The notes beneath the pieces were generated by a model. That model did no database searches, was not told the DNA's origin, and was given only the letters and a program-made list of their open reading frames with translations. Below are positions 1 through 10,443 of a stretch of DNA of 64,000 nucleotides, one piece after another (the first letter of the stretch is position 1; each line of letters opens with the position of its first letter). This DNA comes from an uncultured Planctomycetaceae bacterium (lineage in GTDB: Bacteria > Planctomycetota > Planctomycetia > Isosphaerales > Isosphaeraceae): NCBI GenBank assembly GCA_963833985.1, contig CAWIAD010000002.1, forward strand, positions 3,520,001 through 3,584,000, written 5' to 3'. A program made the position numbers and the translations under genes.

Positions 1-657
1 CGTGAACTCGTTGTGGCCCGAGAAGATGATCACGAGATGCGGCTTGCGAGTGTAGCCGCCGAGCTTCTGGTACATCCATTCCAGGTGCACTCCCGGCTCG
101 GCCAGGACGTCCAGCCGGAACCGGCGATCAGGGATGGCATCGCCCAGCGCGGCCGCGACGATGCGGCCCGTGGAGAGCCATTTCTCGAACGGCAGGCCGT
201 AAGCAGCCGATCCGCCCAGGACCACGACATTCACCTCGCGCTCGTCCTGCTTCTCGAACCGCGTGCGCAAGGGGAGCAATGGCAGCTCGCGCCCCACGCG
301 CGCTCTCCAGACCGCGGCCCCACCTTCCGCGATGAAAATCGCGAACAACCCGGCGGCGCAGAGCACGAGCAGCCGCGAGGCGAGCATGGCGCGGCGTCCT
401 CGCCTGCGGGACCGCAGCACCAGCAAGGCCGTGACCGGCAAGACGGCCAGGAGAACCGCCAGCGCCACTCCGTAGGCTGGCTGTGCCGCCAGCAGGAACG
501 CTTGCGCCACGTGCCGAAGCTGCCGCTCGGGGACCGTGGCACGCACCCAGAGGGGAACAACCAGGCCCCCTGTCACGAGCGCCGTGAGCAAAAGAGCAAT
601 CATCGCCAGCCGGGCCCATCGCACGGTAACCAGCGCCTCTCCTCTGTCCGACGCCAC
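1..657 (-). CDS. Membrane-anchored SGNH/GDSL hydrolase-like protein, N-terminal part (runs off window start)
   Basis: Hand translation, not in the ORF track. GTG at 657 follows GGGGAGG, then hydrophobic TM segments, then VVVLGGSAAYG (SGNH block I) and VIIFSGHNEF (block III). The frame is open to position 1. Confidence 0.7.
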   Translation of the reverse strand, partial: MASDRGEALVTVRWARLAMIALLLTALVTGGLVVPLWVRATVPERQLRHVAQAFLLAAQPAYGVALAVLLAVLPVTALLVLRSRRRGRRAMLASRLLVLCAAGLFAIFIAEGGAAVWRARVGRELPLLPLRTRFEKQDEREVNVVVLGGSAAYGLPFEKWLSTGRIVAAALGDAIPDRRFRLDVLAEPGVHLEWMYQKLGGYTRKPHLVIIFSGHNEFT

Positions 658-679
658 CGCCTCCCCCCGAGCGCCCGCG

Positions 680-1000
680 TCACGCATTGTGGAATCGCGG
701 GTCTTCGAGGGTCGAGGTCTCCACAGCGGCCGGACTGCCGGACACCGATACCGGCATTGAAGGATCGGGTTCCCGGGACGTCGTCGCGTCGTTGCTGCTT
801 GTTCGGACATTCAGTTCGGACCGATGGCGATACAGGATCGCGAGCAGTTCATCGTCGTCGATCTCCCCAAGGCCCCGACCAAGATGAGCTTCTCCCAGAA
901 AGCCCAGGTGAGCGAGCAACTGGCCGAGCCGCACATCCGGTGACAGGGCCCAGATCTCGGCCAGAACGGCGAGCGGTTCTCTCTGCGTGGTCGGGGTCAT
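680..1000 (-). CDS. Small hypothetical protein (putative antitoxin-like partner)
   Basis: 106 aa with helical core PDVRLGQLLAHL...DDDELL. Its start overlaps the upstream stop (ATGA). Confidence 0.65.
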   Translation of the reverse strand: MTPTTQREPLAVLAEIWALSPDVRLGQLLAHLGFLGEAHLGRGLGEIDDDELLAILYRHRSELNVRTSSNDATTSREPDPSMPVSVSGSPAAVETSTLEDPRFHNA

Positions 1001-1293
1001 CGAAGCAGATCTCCAATCCTGGGCTCGGCAGCAAAAGCCCTGGGAAGCTTGCCGATCACCTCGACGCGGAGGAGAACCCCTGGCGCGAGCTTGGCAATGC
1101 GGGTCGCACGAGTCACTCCAGTATACCGGACGAGCACGCCGTCTGACGCCTCGTCAACCCAGGGCGGTGGCATCCCGATCGATGATCTGCCGAAGAGCGA
1201 GATCTGCCTGGCCAACCGCGCCGGATCGGCTCCCTGCCGCCTCGAGGGAGGAACTCGCAGCTCCCGAGGGTCCACATCACGGAAGTCCTGCAT
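997..1293 (-). CDS. Small ParB/sulfiredoxin-like protein
   Basis: Start MQDFRDVDP at 1293. MPPPWV...GVLVRYTGVTRATR resembles the ParB/Srx PixV...xDGxxR core. Confidence 0.55.
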   Translation of the reverse strand: MQDFRDVDPRELRVPPSRRQGADPARLARQISLFGRSSIGMPPPWVDEASDGVLVRYTGVTRATRIAKLAPGVLLRVEVIGKLPRAFAAEPRIGDLLR

Positions 1294-1344
1294 CGAGTCG
1301 AAACCTGGCATGAACCCAGCGATACGCAAGAGCTGCTTGCGATC

Positions 1345-1443
1345 TGGCGGGAGCGTATGGGAATCGAACCCACCAGGAGCCTGTTTCCAGACCCCTCACC
1401 GGTTTTGAAGACCGGGCCCGGCACCAGCCATGGACACGCTCCC
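1345..1443 (-). tRNA. selC: tRNA-Sec (UCA)
   Basis: 8-bp acceptor GGGAGCGT/ACGCTCCC, G discriminator and encoded CCA. Anticodon arm CCGGT-CTTCAAA-ACCGG, long variable arm AGGGGTCTG-GAAA-CAGGCTCCT, T arm GTGGG-TTCGATT-CCCAT; 99 nt. Confidence 0.96.
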
Positions 1444-1712
1444 CGCGCGAGGCTTTATTCTGACCGAGCCCGAACCGTCCCGTCCAGTGCCCGGAAGGGG
1501 CCTCTTTTTCAGGGTCTGGGGCATGGCCGGCGTGTGAGGCTGAACTCGGACGATGCCGCCGTCGGTTCCCGTCCGATACACCGGCAATGAGAATCATGGG
1601 CCTGTCCCTCGAGAGTCTTGTTCCAATGAGGTGCGACCCGGACATCACGCCCGTCCGGGTTCCGCTGGACCAGAACGCATACGCACGCGTTGAATTGAAA
1701 ACGACCCAGGAA

Positions 1713-4097
1713 TCAGGGTTCGTAGCAGCCGGGGATCAGTATCGAGGGGACGCGACCGGCGGCGTGCAGGCGAAGCAGCGCGTGGCCCGTGCCCGCCAGG
1801 CCGAGCATGAGCGAGGGGTTCACGGCCGTGGACACCAGGCCGGAGGGGTAATCACAGGCTGTGCCGTGACGCTCGATGAGCACCCGCGCGATCTCGCCGG
1901 CCTGGTCGAGACACGCAGGGTCCTGGAGCTGAATTCCGGCGCAGAGCAGCACTTCAAGCAGTCCGGCCAGTCCGTGGCAAAGCGACGCGTCATGCCCGCG
2001 CCGTGGAAGGTTTTCCTGGACCGCGGCCAGGGTCGTCGCCAGGGCAGCCTGCGCCATCGCGCGGTGCCCTTCCCCTTGCTCCGGGTCCAGGGCCATGGCG
2101 CGCAGGCGGGCGAGTGCGATCCCGGGCGCGCCATGGCACCAGGCCCGGCCATGACCGGGAGGACGGGGCGGTCCCAGGGCATCCACGGTGAACCTCAGAT
2201 CCGGCCAGTTGCCGGCGGCCTCGTCGAAGAGGGAATCCTCGTAAGCGAAGGCGCCGCGGGCAGCTTCCTGGTAACCGGGGCGTCCCGTTGCCGCATGCAG
2301 CTCCAGCAGGGCCAGGGCAATGCCCGAGGCGCCGTGGCTCATGCCCGTGAGCGGTAGCGTCGCGGCGGACCCATCGCCGACGGCACCGGAGGACCACATC
2401 CAGATCGGGCCGGCACGGTCGGCCTGGCGGCAAAGCTGGTCACCGAGAGCCCGCGCCCATGCAAGGTGACGCTCGCTCCGGACAGGCGGGGCCAGCTCCC
2501 GGTGCAGGGCCAGCAGCGCGAGGATCGCCCCGGCGCTGCCGCCGATCAGGTCGATGGCATGCGGTTCGTCGACGGCCTCGTCGAGATGATCGAGCAGGAT
2601 CTCCGCCCGTGCGTGCAGTTCGTCGGCGCGGGTGAGGACGGCCACGCGATGCGCTGCGTACGCCACGCCGAGCTGGCCCGCGAACAGTGAAATGGGCGCC
2701 AGAGCGGAGACCGGGTCCTGCCAGTCGGTGACGGCCCGGAGCGAGCGGTTCATGGCGGCCATGGCGGTGCGGCGCAGCCCATGGTCCCCGGTGAGCCCGT
2801 GAACCTCGGCCAGGAAGAGGGCAACGCCCGCTGATCCGCCGTAGAGCTCCGGCCCGAGCGCCGCGGACGCGGGAACGATCGCACCACCGGGCTTCAGTTC
2901 GTCGGGAGAACGGCCCATCCAGTTGCAGAGAAGACCCGACGTGTCCCAGAAGGCCGCACGGCACAGGCTCTCAGCAATGCGGACTGCCGCGTCCAGCGGC
3001 GAAAGGGTCCGCTGTACAGCAGGCGCCGGGCCGCCCGCACTTGCGATCGACGGACGACGCTCCGCACAGGGCCTCCAGCCGGATAACGGCTCGAACGACG
3101 CGAACGTCGAGCCGGGCGCGAGATACGGGTACGCGGGGTCGAGTTGATTCTGGCGGAACGACTCGATGACCACCTGCAAACGGTCATCACCGATGCGGCC
3201 CCTGGCAAAAGCGTCCCAGAGCGCCCCTGCAATCAGCCGGCAGCGATGCTCGCCGTAGCTTGGTGAAGCCGGCGAGACCTCGACCATGGCCAGGCCGTCC
3301 GCCAGGCGATGCGTGAGCAGGGGCGTTTCAGGCCGCAGCTCCGCGGCGACGGACTCATAGATCGGCCCCATGGCACCGGCCAGGGCAGGGGCGTGGCGGC
3401 GGCCCACGTACAGGACTCCGGCGTCGGCGCGATGGTAGGCATCCGGATCTCTCAGGACCTTGAGCCGGAACGGGATGGCGCGCGCGTTCAGAGCGGAGCT
3501 TGCCACGGCGACGAAGCGTGTTGCGGCCTGGCGCGTGAGGTGCCAGTAGAACCGCCATTGTCGATCGCCGCCGTTTACCACGTCATCCAGCGCATCCTCG
3601 TCGGCATCGCCGTGAACGTAGAAGAACCCGGGCATGAGATGCCGCAGTTCCCTGGGAACGCGAAGCCGGCAGTGCTCTCCGGGAATCAGGCGGCCGCTGC
3701 CGGTGCGGACGTCCCGCGCGCTGGCCCGGACCTCGAGGTCCCCGCGGCCGACGACGACCTGACCGTCGTCTTCGACCACACGGACGGTCCAGTCCGGGCT
3801 CCAGGCGCCTTGCCCCGCATTCGCCGCCGACAGCGCGGCCAGGAAGTCGCGGCGGTCGCTCCAGCCCGAGCCGCAGGGAATTCCGGCTGGCGCGCTTCGG
3901 GTGTAGAGCCGGCGGTAGAGCTCACCGGCGAGCGAGTTCAACAGCGGCGCTGGACCTGGTTGTGGATCGTCCGACGCATCCCCCTCGCATTCTTCGAATT
4001 GCCGCGTGTCGTCCAGGATCCGGTAGCCCGCGGGCGAGAGGATCTGGACAGCCTGCACCATGGTTTCCAGGTCGGGATGGAAATGGACTTGCGGCAT
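1713..4097 (-). CDS. HopA1-like (LanY lyase) + LanC cyclase fusion protein
   Basis: True start is probably MPQVHF at 4097, overlapping the kinase stop. N-half has HopA1-type motifs RFYWHL, PFRLKVL, RADAGVLY, SYGEHRC. C-half has LanC motifs LYGGSAG, GMSHGASG, AWCHGAPG, SLCHGLAG, LMLGLAG. Confidence 0.88.
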   Translation of the reverse strand: MPQVHFHPDLETMVQAVQILSPAGYRILDDTRQFEECEGDASDDPQPGPAPLLNSLAGELYRRLYTRSAPAGIPCGSGWSDRRDFLAALSAANAGQGAWSPDWTVRVVEDDGQVVVGRGDLEVRASARDVRTGSGRLIPGEHCRLRVPRELRHLMPGFFYVHGDADEDALDDVVNGGDRQWRFYWHLTRQAATRFVAVASSALNARAIPFRLKVLRDPDAYHRADAGVLYVGRRHAPALAGAMGPIYESVAAELRPETPLLTHRLADGLAMVEVSPASPSYGEHRCRLIAGALWDAFARGRIGDDRLQVVIESFRQNQLDPAYPYLAPGSTFASFEPLSGWRPCAERRPSIASAGGPAPAVQRTLSPLDAAVRIAESLCRAAFWDTSGLLCNWMGRSPDELKPGGAIVPASAALGPELYGGSAGVALFLAEVHGLTGDHGLRRTAMAAMNRSLRAVTDWQDPVSALAPISLFAGQLGVAYAAHRVAVLTRADELHARAEILLDHLDEAVDEPHAIDLIGGSAGAILALLALHRELAPPVRSERHLAWARALGDQLCRQADRAGPIWMWSSGAVGDGSAATLPLTGMSHGASGIALALLELHAATGRPGYQEAARGAFAYEDSLFDEAAGNWPDLRFTVDALGPPRPPGHGRAWCHGAPGIALARLRAMALDPEQGEGHRAMAQAALATTLAAVQENLPRRGHDASLCHGLAGLLEVLLCAGIQLQDPACLDQAGEIARVLIERHGTACDYPSGLVSTAVNPSLMLGLAGTGHALLRLHAAGRVPSILIPGCYEP

Positions 4098-5240
4098 CAC
4101 GCGGACGACCCGGTGGAAAGGCCGTAGAAACCAAGCCGGCCGCGACACGTATCGGCCAGCAGGTTGGCGCCAAGCTGGAGCAGGAGCACGGCCTGTGTGG
4201 GCAGGACTTCCCGCTCCAGCGACAGCTCGTGCGCCGCCTGGATGAGACGTGCCGCCGAGAAGGCGACCGCGCGCTCGAGCAATTCCAGGGCGCTTGAGCC
4301 ACCGGCGCCGGCGTGGCATGACGCCGTCTGGGAGTACCCTTCCCAGAGCGCTCGGATGGCGGGTCGCAGCGCGCTCAGGGGATACTTCGCCCGACCGATC
4401 ATCTCTTCCACGGCGAGTTCCGGCTTCAGGGGCATGGACCCGATCCAGAGCATGACAAAATCGTGCAGGGCCGAGGCCAGGTCCCAGGCGGGGTCGCCGC
4501 GGTGCACGAATTCCCAGTCGACGAGCCAGATGGAAGCACTCGCGACCGATTGCCCCTCGTGTGTGCTGGCGACAAGGATGTTGTCGGCCTTGATATCGCC
4601 GTGAATGACCGTCTCTTCCCGCCACATCGCACCGAGACGCTCGACGCGGCTCCCAGGCCGGCTGCGCTGCGAAGGAGCCGGAACACGTCGGCCCCGGCAG
4701 GGCTAAGGTCGATGAGCATGCCCGGAGTCGGTTTCCGATGGGCCGCGAAGACCCAGGGCACCGGCCGCCCCAGCCAGCCTAGGCTGTCGTGGGCTGCCAG
4801 TTCCGGCCCGCGGAACACCCCGTGCAACGTGCCCAGCGCCCGGCCCAGGGCGTGGCTGGGCGCGACCGGGAACGCATCGGCCGGGTGTCCAAGATGGTGG
4901 GCGAGCAGAGTCCGGCGCCGGGAATCAGTTCCAGGGCGTGGGCCCCGTCCTCGCGGTCGAGCCAGCGGAGGCCTGGCAAGTACCTTGCCAGTTCCGCGGC
5001 TGCCGGTTCGTTGTGGCAAAAGTCGTAGAAGTGCGCTTCGTTCCTGAGCGTGTGGGAACTGGCCGGCGAGAGCGCATCGGGCTGCTTCACGAGCAGGCCG
5101 GCGCCGCCGGGTCCCTCCACCCTGAGGTTGCGGTTGCGCCGCGCCGCGCTGCGGACGGTCAGGCGGCCTTGAACGATCCAGTCTCGGTCCACGAGATTCT
5201 GTTCGAGCAAGAACGGGATCACGGTGTCGACGTCCAGCAT
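4097..5240 (-). CDS. APH/phosphotransferase-family kinase (LanK-like), two apparent frameshifts (~4910, ~4640)
   Basis: Pieces in three frames: RRNRN...LLVKQP (N-lobe), LGRALGTLH (middle), IHGDIKADNILV and LVDWEF..RGDPAWDL (catalytic and Mg-binding motifs). Confidence 0.82.
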
Positions 5241-5339
5241 CGAGCGGCTCGCGGGTAAGGTCAGCCGGCAAAACAGGGCGGCTTGAGACGTCGGGTAACG
5301 GGTCGCATGGGCCTGCGGCGTCCGAACCGCGGCACGACA

Positions 5340-5867
5340 TCAAGGGTAAGGGTGAGGGTAGATTGGATCCGACACGCACACGCCGGTCAGGTGGCAATTG
5401 GAGGTCCCGCCAGTGCCGCCTGTGCCGCCGGTGCCACTGGGTGTCTCAACGCCTGACAGTGGCCTGCACGGCGTGGTGTGCACGAGGTTCTTGTCCTCGT
5501 TCTCGACCAGGATGTTCACGGTGAGGCCGGCCGCGGACGTGGACAGGCTTTTTGAGGAGATCGCGCCTTTCAGATACCCGGCCTCGACCTGCTGCGACGA
5601 GACCACTCGATTGATACTGGCGGTGGCGCTGACCACCAGCTTCGTGGGACTCGATTGCTGCCCGGGGACCGATCGCTCGGCCCAGACAATCTCGCCCCTG
5701 GGGATCTCCAGGTAGCAGCGCAGGTCCAGGTCCGGATAGATGGTCACGGTCTGTTCGGTGACCGTGTCGATGTAGCCGTGAAGGATGATGAACTGGCGCT
5801 GGTCGTCGGGCCTGGGCTTGAGGGCCTGGAGAAGCGGATTGGTGAAGAGTTCCAGGGAGTTGCTCAC
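5340..5867 (-). CDS. Putative RiPP precursor with large N-terminal domain and Ser/Thr/Cys-rich C-terminal core
   Basis: GTG start with AGGAG RBS; 175 aa. Tail HTTPCRPLSGVETPSGTGGTGGTGGTSNCHLTGVCVSDPIYPHPYP. First gene of the kinase/lyase-cyclase run. Confidence 0.7.
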   Translation of the reverse strand: MSNSLELFTNPLLQALKPRPDDQRQFIILHGYIDTVTEQTVTIYPDLDLRCYLEIPRGEIVWAERSVPGQQSSPTKLVVSATASINRVVSSQQVEAGYLKGAISSKSLSTSAAGLTVNILVENEDKNLVHTTPCRPLSGVETPSGTGGTGGTGGTSNCHLTGVCVSDPIYPHPYP

Positions 5868-5962
5868 AGGACCTGCTCCTTCGACGTAGTAGAAAAGTGC
5901 TGGATGGTTCAGAGTCTAACGAAGCCGGATTCTTGACGGTGAGCCGTCTTCGGGCGGCCGGA

Positions 5963-8900
5963 TCAGCGGACTCGGTTCCCCGCGAGGGAACGGCGTGCCG
6001 TCCAGGCGCTGGAGTCAAGTACGTGGATCACGCCATCGTCGCCAAGGCCAAGCCCGGTGAGGCTCTCGAGTTCGGCGGCGACATTGGCTGCATCCGCCAC
6101 ATCGGCGGCCTCCGCGGCGGACGGGGCGGCAGCCACGCTCCAGAGGCGCGCCGTGAGGTCTTCACAGCGCGTCAGGACCGCGCGATCGTCCGGCGAGAGG
6201 GCAACGCTGAAGACCTCAAAAGGGTCTCCGCCCGGTTTGCGAGGATGCGCAAGGGCCGGGCCGATGGGCCGTCCCGTGCCGGCATCCCAGAGGCTGGCCG
6301 TCCCGTCCTGGCTGCCTGTCAGGGCCAGCCGTCCGTCCCGGCTGAAGGCCACGGTCGTCACCGCGGCCTGATGCAGCAAGGGCTGACCGCGCGGCGTGCG
6401 GGACGCGGCATCCCACAATCTGGCACGCCCGTCGATGCAGCCTGTGAGGACGGTCTGGCCGTCTGGACTGACGGCCACGGCGGCCACGCCGGCCGGGTGG
6501 ATCAGGGGGGCTCCGCGCTGCACCCCGGTTGTGATGCTCCAGAACCGGGCCTGGTTGTCGAGGCAGCCGCTGACCAGGGTCTCTCCATCCGGGCAGAGCG
6601 CCAGCGCCACGACCGGCCCGGTATGCGGCAGCGGAGGCAGCTTCGCGGCCCCGGTGTCCGGGTCCCAGAGTCGCACGGTCGTATCGACGCTGGCGGTGAT
6701 GGCCGTGCGTCCGTCCCGACTGAACCGGCCCTCGAAGATCACCGTCTCGTGCCTCAGCACCGCGCCGCGCGGGACTCCGCTCTGCACGTCGCAGAGGCGG
6801 GCCGTGCCGTCCAGGCTGCTGAAGAGCACCGTTCTCCCATCCGGGCTGAACGCGGCCGACTTGACCCGCTTCGCGAACCGCAATGCCTGGCCCACTGGCC
6901 GGAGAGCCGCCAGGTCCCAGAGCTGGGCCCCGCCGTTTTGTCCGCCCACCGCGACGCACTGTTCGTCCGGGCTCGACGCCAGAACGCTGACCGGCTCGCC
7001 CGTGGCAAGAGGAGCGGCTTGCGGCTGCCCGGACGTCGCGGAGCAAAGCAGCACCGTGCCGTCACCTGTCCCCAGCAGGAGGCGCTTGCCGGCGGACCCG
7101 TAGGCCGCGTACTGCACCGCGCCGGCATGCGGCAGCTCGCGGACCGCGTTCCTGTCCGGCCGCGCGTCCCAGAGCCGGCTGGTCCGGTCGGCCCCGGCGG
7201 TGAGGAGCTTGAGACCGTCGGGACTGAATGCCACGCTGTTGACCCTGCTCTCGTGGCGAAAATCGCGGCCCAGCGGCCGGCCGGTGCGTGCGTCCCAGAG
7301 CCGTGCCGAGTGGTCCCAGCTGCCCGTTGCCAGGGTCTGGCCGTCCGGGCTGAACGCGAGGGACCAGACCCGGTCATCGTGCCGCAGAATATCCCCCCGG
7401 CGCAGTCCCGTGGCAACCTCCCAGAGCCGCGCCGTATGGTCGGCTCCCGCGGTTGCCAGGGTCTGCCCGACCGGGCTGAAGACGGCCACCCAGACCTCGC
7501 CGTCGTGCGCCAGCTTGTGCAGCAGACGGCCGCTGGAGACGTCCCAGAGCCGAGCGAAGTGATCCGCGCTGGCGGTGGCCGCGACCTTGCCGTCGGGGCT
7601 GAGATCGACCCACTTGACCTGGTTCTCGTGTCGCCAGGGTTCTCCCAGAGGCCGCCCCGTGGCAACCTCCCAGAGCCGCGCCGTGCCGTCGTCGCCACCG
7701 GTGAGAAGCGTCTCTCCGCCGGCTGCCAGCGCCACCGAGACGATCCGGTCCGGATGGCCGGGTAGCTCACGCAGCAGCCGGCCGTCGGCCACGCTCCAGA
7801 GGCGCGGCTTACCGTCGGCGCCAGCCGTCACGAGCCGCGTTCCGTCGGAGCTGAAGACCCCCTGAGACACCTCGCCGCGGTGTCCCACGAGGTCGTGCCG
7901 CAGTGCCCCGCTGCCGGCATCCCAGAGCCGCGCCTCGCCGCTCAGGCTGGTGGTGAGCACCGTCTTGCCGTCAGGGCTGAACGCCCCGGTCCAGACCACG
8001 CCCCGGTGCGGCAAGGGCGGTCCCACGGGCATGCCGCTCGTGGTATCCCAGAGCCGTGCGGCCTGGTCGGCGCCGGCGGTGAGCACCGCCTTGCCGTCGG
8101 GGCTGAAGGTGGCGAACTTCACCTCGCCGGCGTGCGAGAACACCGCCTCCAGGTTCGGGTAGGAACGTTGCCAGGCCGCCAGGTTCTCCCGGGCGATGCG
8201 CGCAGCGCGGGGTCGCCGGCAGCACGAGCGGCATGCAGACTGCGGGCCAGCCAGTGGAGACCGGGGCCAACATCGCCGCGCTCGCAGGCGGCGCGGCCGA
8301 GCCCGAAATCGAGCACTGCAAGCTCACGGGTGGACTGGTTCAGCAGGCGAGCGCGGTTCAGGGAATAGAGGGTCGAGAGGATGGTCACGGCCACCAGGGA
8401 GGCCGACATGCCTCCCAGGGCGGATGCCAGCGCGGGGTTGCGCAGGCACCAACGCCAGGCGCGCTCCGCCGAGCTGACCGGCCGGGCCTTGATCGGTTTG
8501 TTCTCGAGGAACCGCCGCAGGTCCTCGCTCAGCTCCGCGGCCGTCTGGTAACGGCTGGCAGGGGTCTTGTGCATGGCTTTCAGGCAGATCGTCTCCAGGT
8601 CCCGCGGAACCCGGTCGTTGAGCTTACGGGGGGGCCGTGGATCATCATGGATCACCTGGTCCAGCAGCATCCGCGCTGTCCCGTGAAACGGCAGCTCGCC
8701 ACTGATCATCTGGTAGAGCACGACGCCGAGGCTGTAGACGTCGCTGCGCCGATCCACCTTGCTCTGCTCGCCGCGCGCCTGTTCGGGAGGCATGTACGCC
8801 GGGGTGCCGAGGATCTGGCCGTCCACCGTGATCGAGATCTCGCCGGCCTCGCGCTTGGCCAGCCCGAAATCCATGAGGATTGGCTGGCCCTCGTTGTCGA

Positions 8901-9676
8901 TCATGATGTTCTGCGCCTTCACGTCGCGATGCACCACGTTCCCCTGGTGGGCGGCGTGCAAGGCGTCGGCCAGCTCGGCCGCCGTCCAGGCCGCCTCCCG
9001 AAACGTGGGCCGGCGGGTCTTGAGCGACTCGGCGAGCGTCACCCCGGTGATGAAGTGGCTGACGATGTACGGGATGCCCTCGAACTCGTCAGCCTCGATC
9101 ACGCGGACGATGGCTCGATGGTTGAGCCGGGCAACGGTGCGCGCCTCCTCCCAGAACCGCTCGCGCGAGCCGTTCTCACCCAGCGAGCCGGCGCAGCAGC
9201 TTCACGGCGACATCACGCTGGAGCTTCGAGTCGTAGGCCCTGTAGACCGTGCCGAACGCGCCGGTGCCGACCGGCTCGACCAGCTCGTACGAGGAAATCC
9301 GGTTCGTGCCCAGGGAAACCGTCCGGGGCAGCCTCACGGAGCTGCCAAGGGCAATTCGCGAGTGGCACGTGGGACATTCCAGGTGGTCGGCGGGCGCCTG
9401 GTCGACCAGCTCGATGCCCGCCCCACAGTTGGGGCAGTGCAGCTTGAGCGACCGCAAGGGTTCCAGCACGACCCCGTCGCGCGTGGTCTCGTGCGGCGGC
9501 GCCAGGAAGTCCTCGCGCTCGGCCTGGGCGTCGCGGGCCAGCAGCCGCTCGACCTCGGCGCGCAGGTCCGGTTCCTCACCGCAACGGCTCTGGAGCAGCG
9601 CCTGCCGCTCTTCCGCGGAGAGCGGCAACGCTTCGTGGAACAGCTCGTAGACGCGCTGCCACACACCTTCGGTCAT
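5963..9676 (-). CDS. Ser/Thr protein kinase with C-terminal WD40 repeats (frameshifts ~9185 and ~8170)
   Basis: CPNC/CPTC zinc ribbon, GTGAFGTVY, VAVK, HRDVKAQN, DFGLAK, GTPAYMPPE, a TM segment, then many H...AFSPDG...ARLWD repeats. Confidence 0.88.
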
Positions 9677-10245
9677 TGCTTGCCTCCCTCGAGCTGGTCG
9701 CGCAGCCAGGCACGAGCGAACCGCCAGTCCAGCTCCACGGTTCCCACCGAGACCTCCAGCGCGTCGGCGACCTCGGACACGGAGAGCCCCGCAAAGAACC
9801 GCAAGGCGACGACCAGACCCTGCCGCTCGTTGATCTCGGCCAGCCTGTCGAGGGCTGCATTGAGGGCCTCGATGTCCAAGTTCTGCTCCTCGAAAAACGC
9901 CAGGGCCTCGTCCAGGGGCACCCGTTTCAGGTCCCCGCCATGGTTTTTTCGCTTGCGGTGATGGTCCACCAGCACGTGGCGCATGGCCCGCATCGCGGCG
10001 CCGAAGAGGTAACGGCGGTTCGGGGCCTTCTCGATCGCGTGCCCGTTGATCAGCCGGACGAACGCTTCCCCCACCAGGGCCGTGGGCTGGAGCGTGTGTC
10101 CCGGCCGTTCCTTGCTCATGAGAGACACGGCGATGCGATGAAACTCCTCGTAGATGGCGCGGAGCAGTTGATCCCGGGCGGGTCCCTCCCCGTTCCGGGC
10201 CGCCTTGATCAGCTCGGTCACGTTCTGCGTCTGGTTCACATTCAT
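9673..10245 (-). CDS. ECF RNA polymerase sigma factor (planctomycete/TIGR02999-like)
   Basis: HTLQPTALVGEAF, AMRHVLVDH, LRFFAGLS, DWRFARAWL; translationally coupled to the kinase. Confidence 0.92.
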   Translation of the reverse strand: MNVNQTQNVTELIKAARNGEGPARDQLLRAIYEEFHRIAVSLMSKERPGHTLQPTALVGEAFVRLINGHAIEKAPNRRYLFGAAMRAMRHVLVDHHRKRKNHGGDLKRVPLDEALAFFEEQNLDIEALNAALDRLAEINERQGLVVALRFFAGLSVSEVADALEVSVGTVELDWRFARAWLRDQLEGGKQ

Positions 10246-10443
10246 CGTCTGACCCTGAAGCCTCCCAGGGCAGGGAAGATCGGTCGCTCTCCCCGCATGG
10301 TCATGCGTCACGCCGCTCGACAACCTTAACGCTCACCCGACTTTTTTCTTTCCGTGAATTCTTTCGGGTACCCCAGGCCGGCTTACGTATATGCCTTCTA
10401 GAAGGATGATCAGCGAGATGGCAACGAGGCGAAAGGATCGGTC

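Noticed and set aside
4098..4625. N-terminal 176 aa of the 970-aa ORF 1713..4625
   Set aside because: It overlaps the kinase C-terminus in another frame and is Arg/Pro-rich junk; the real start is at 4097/4100.
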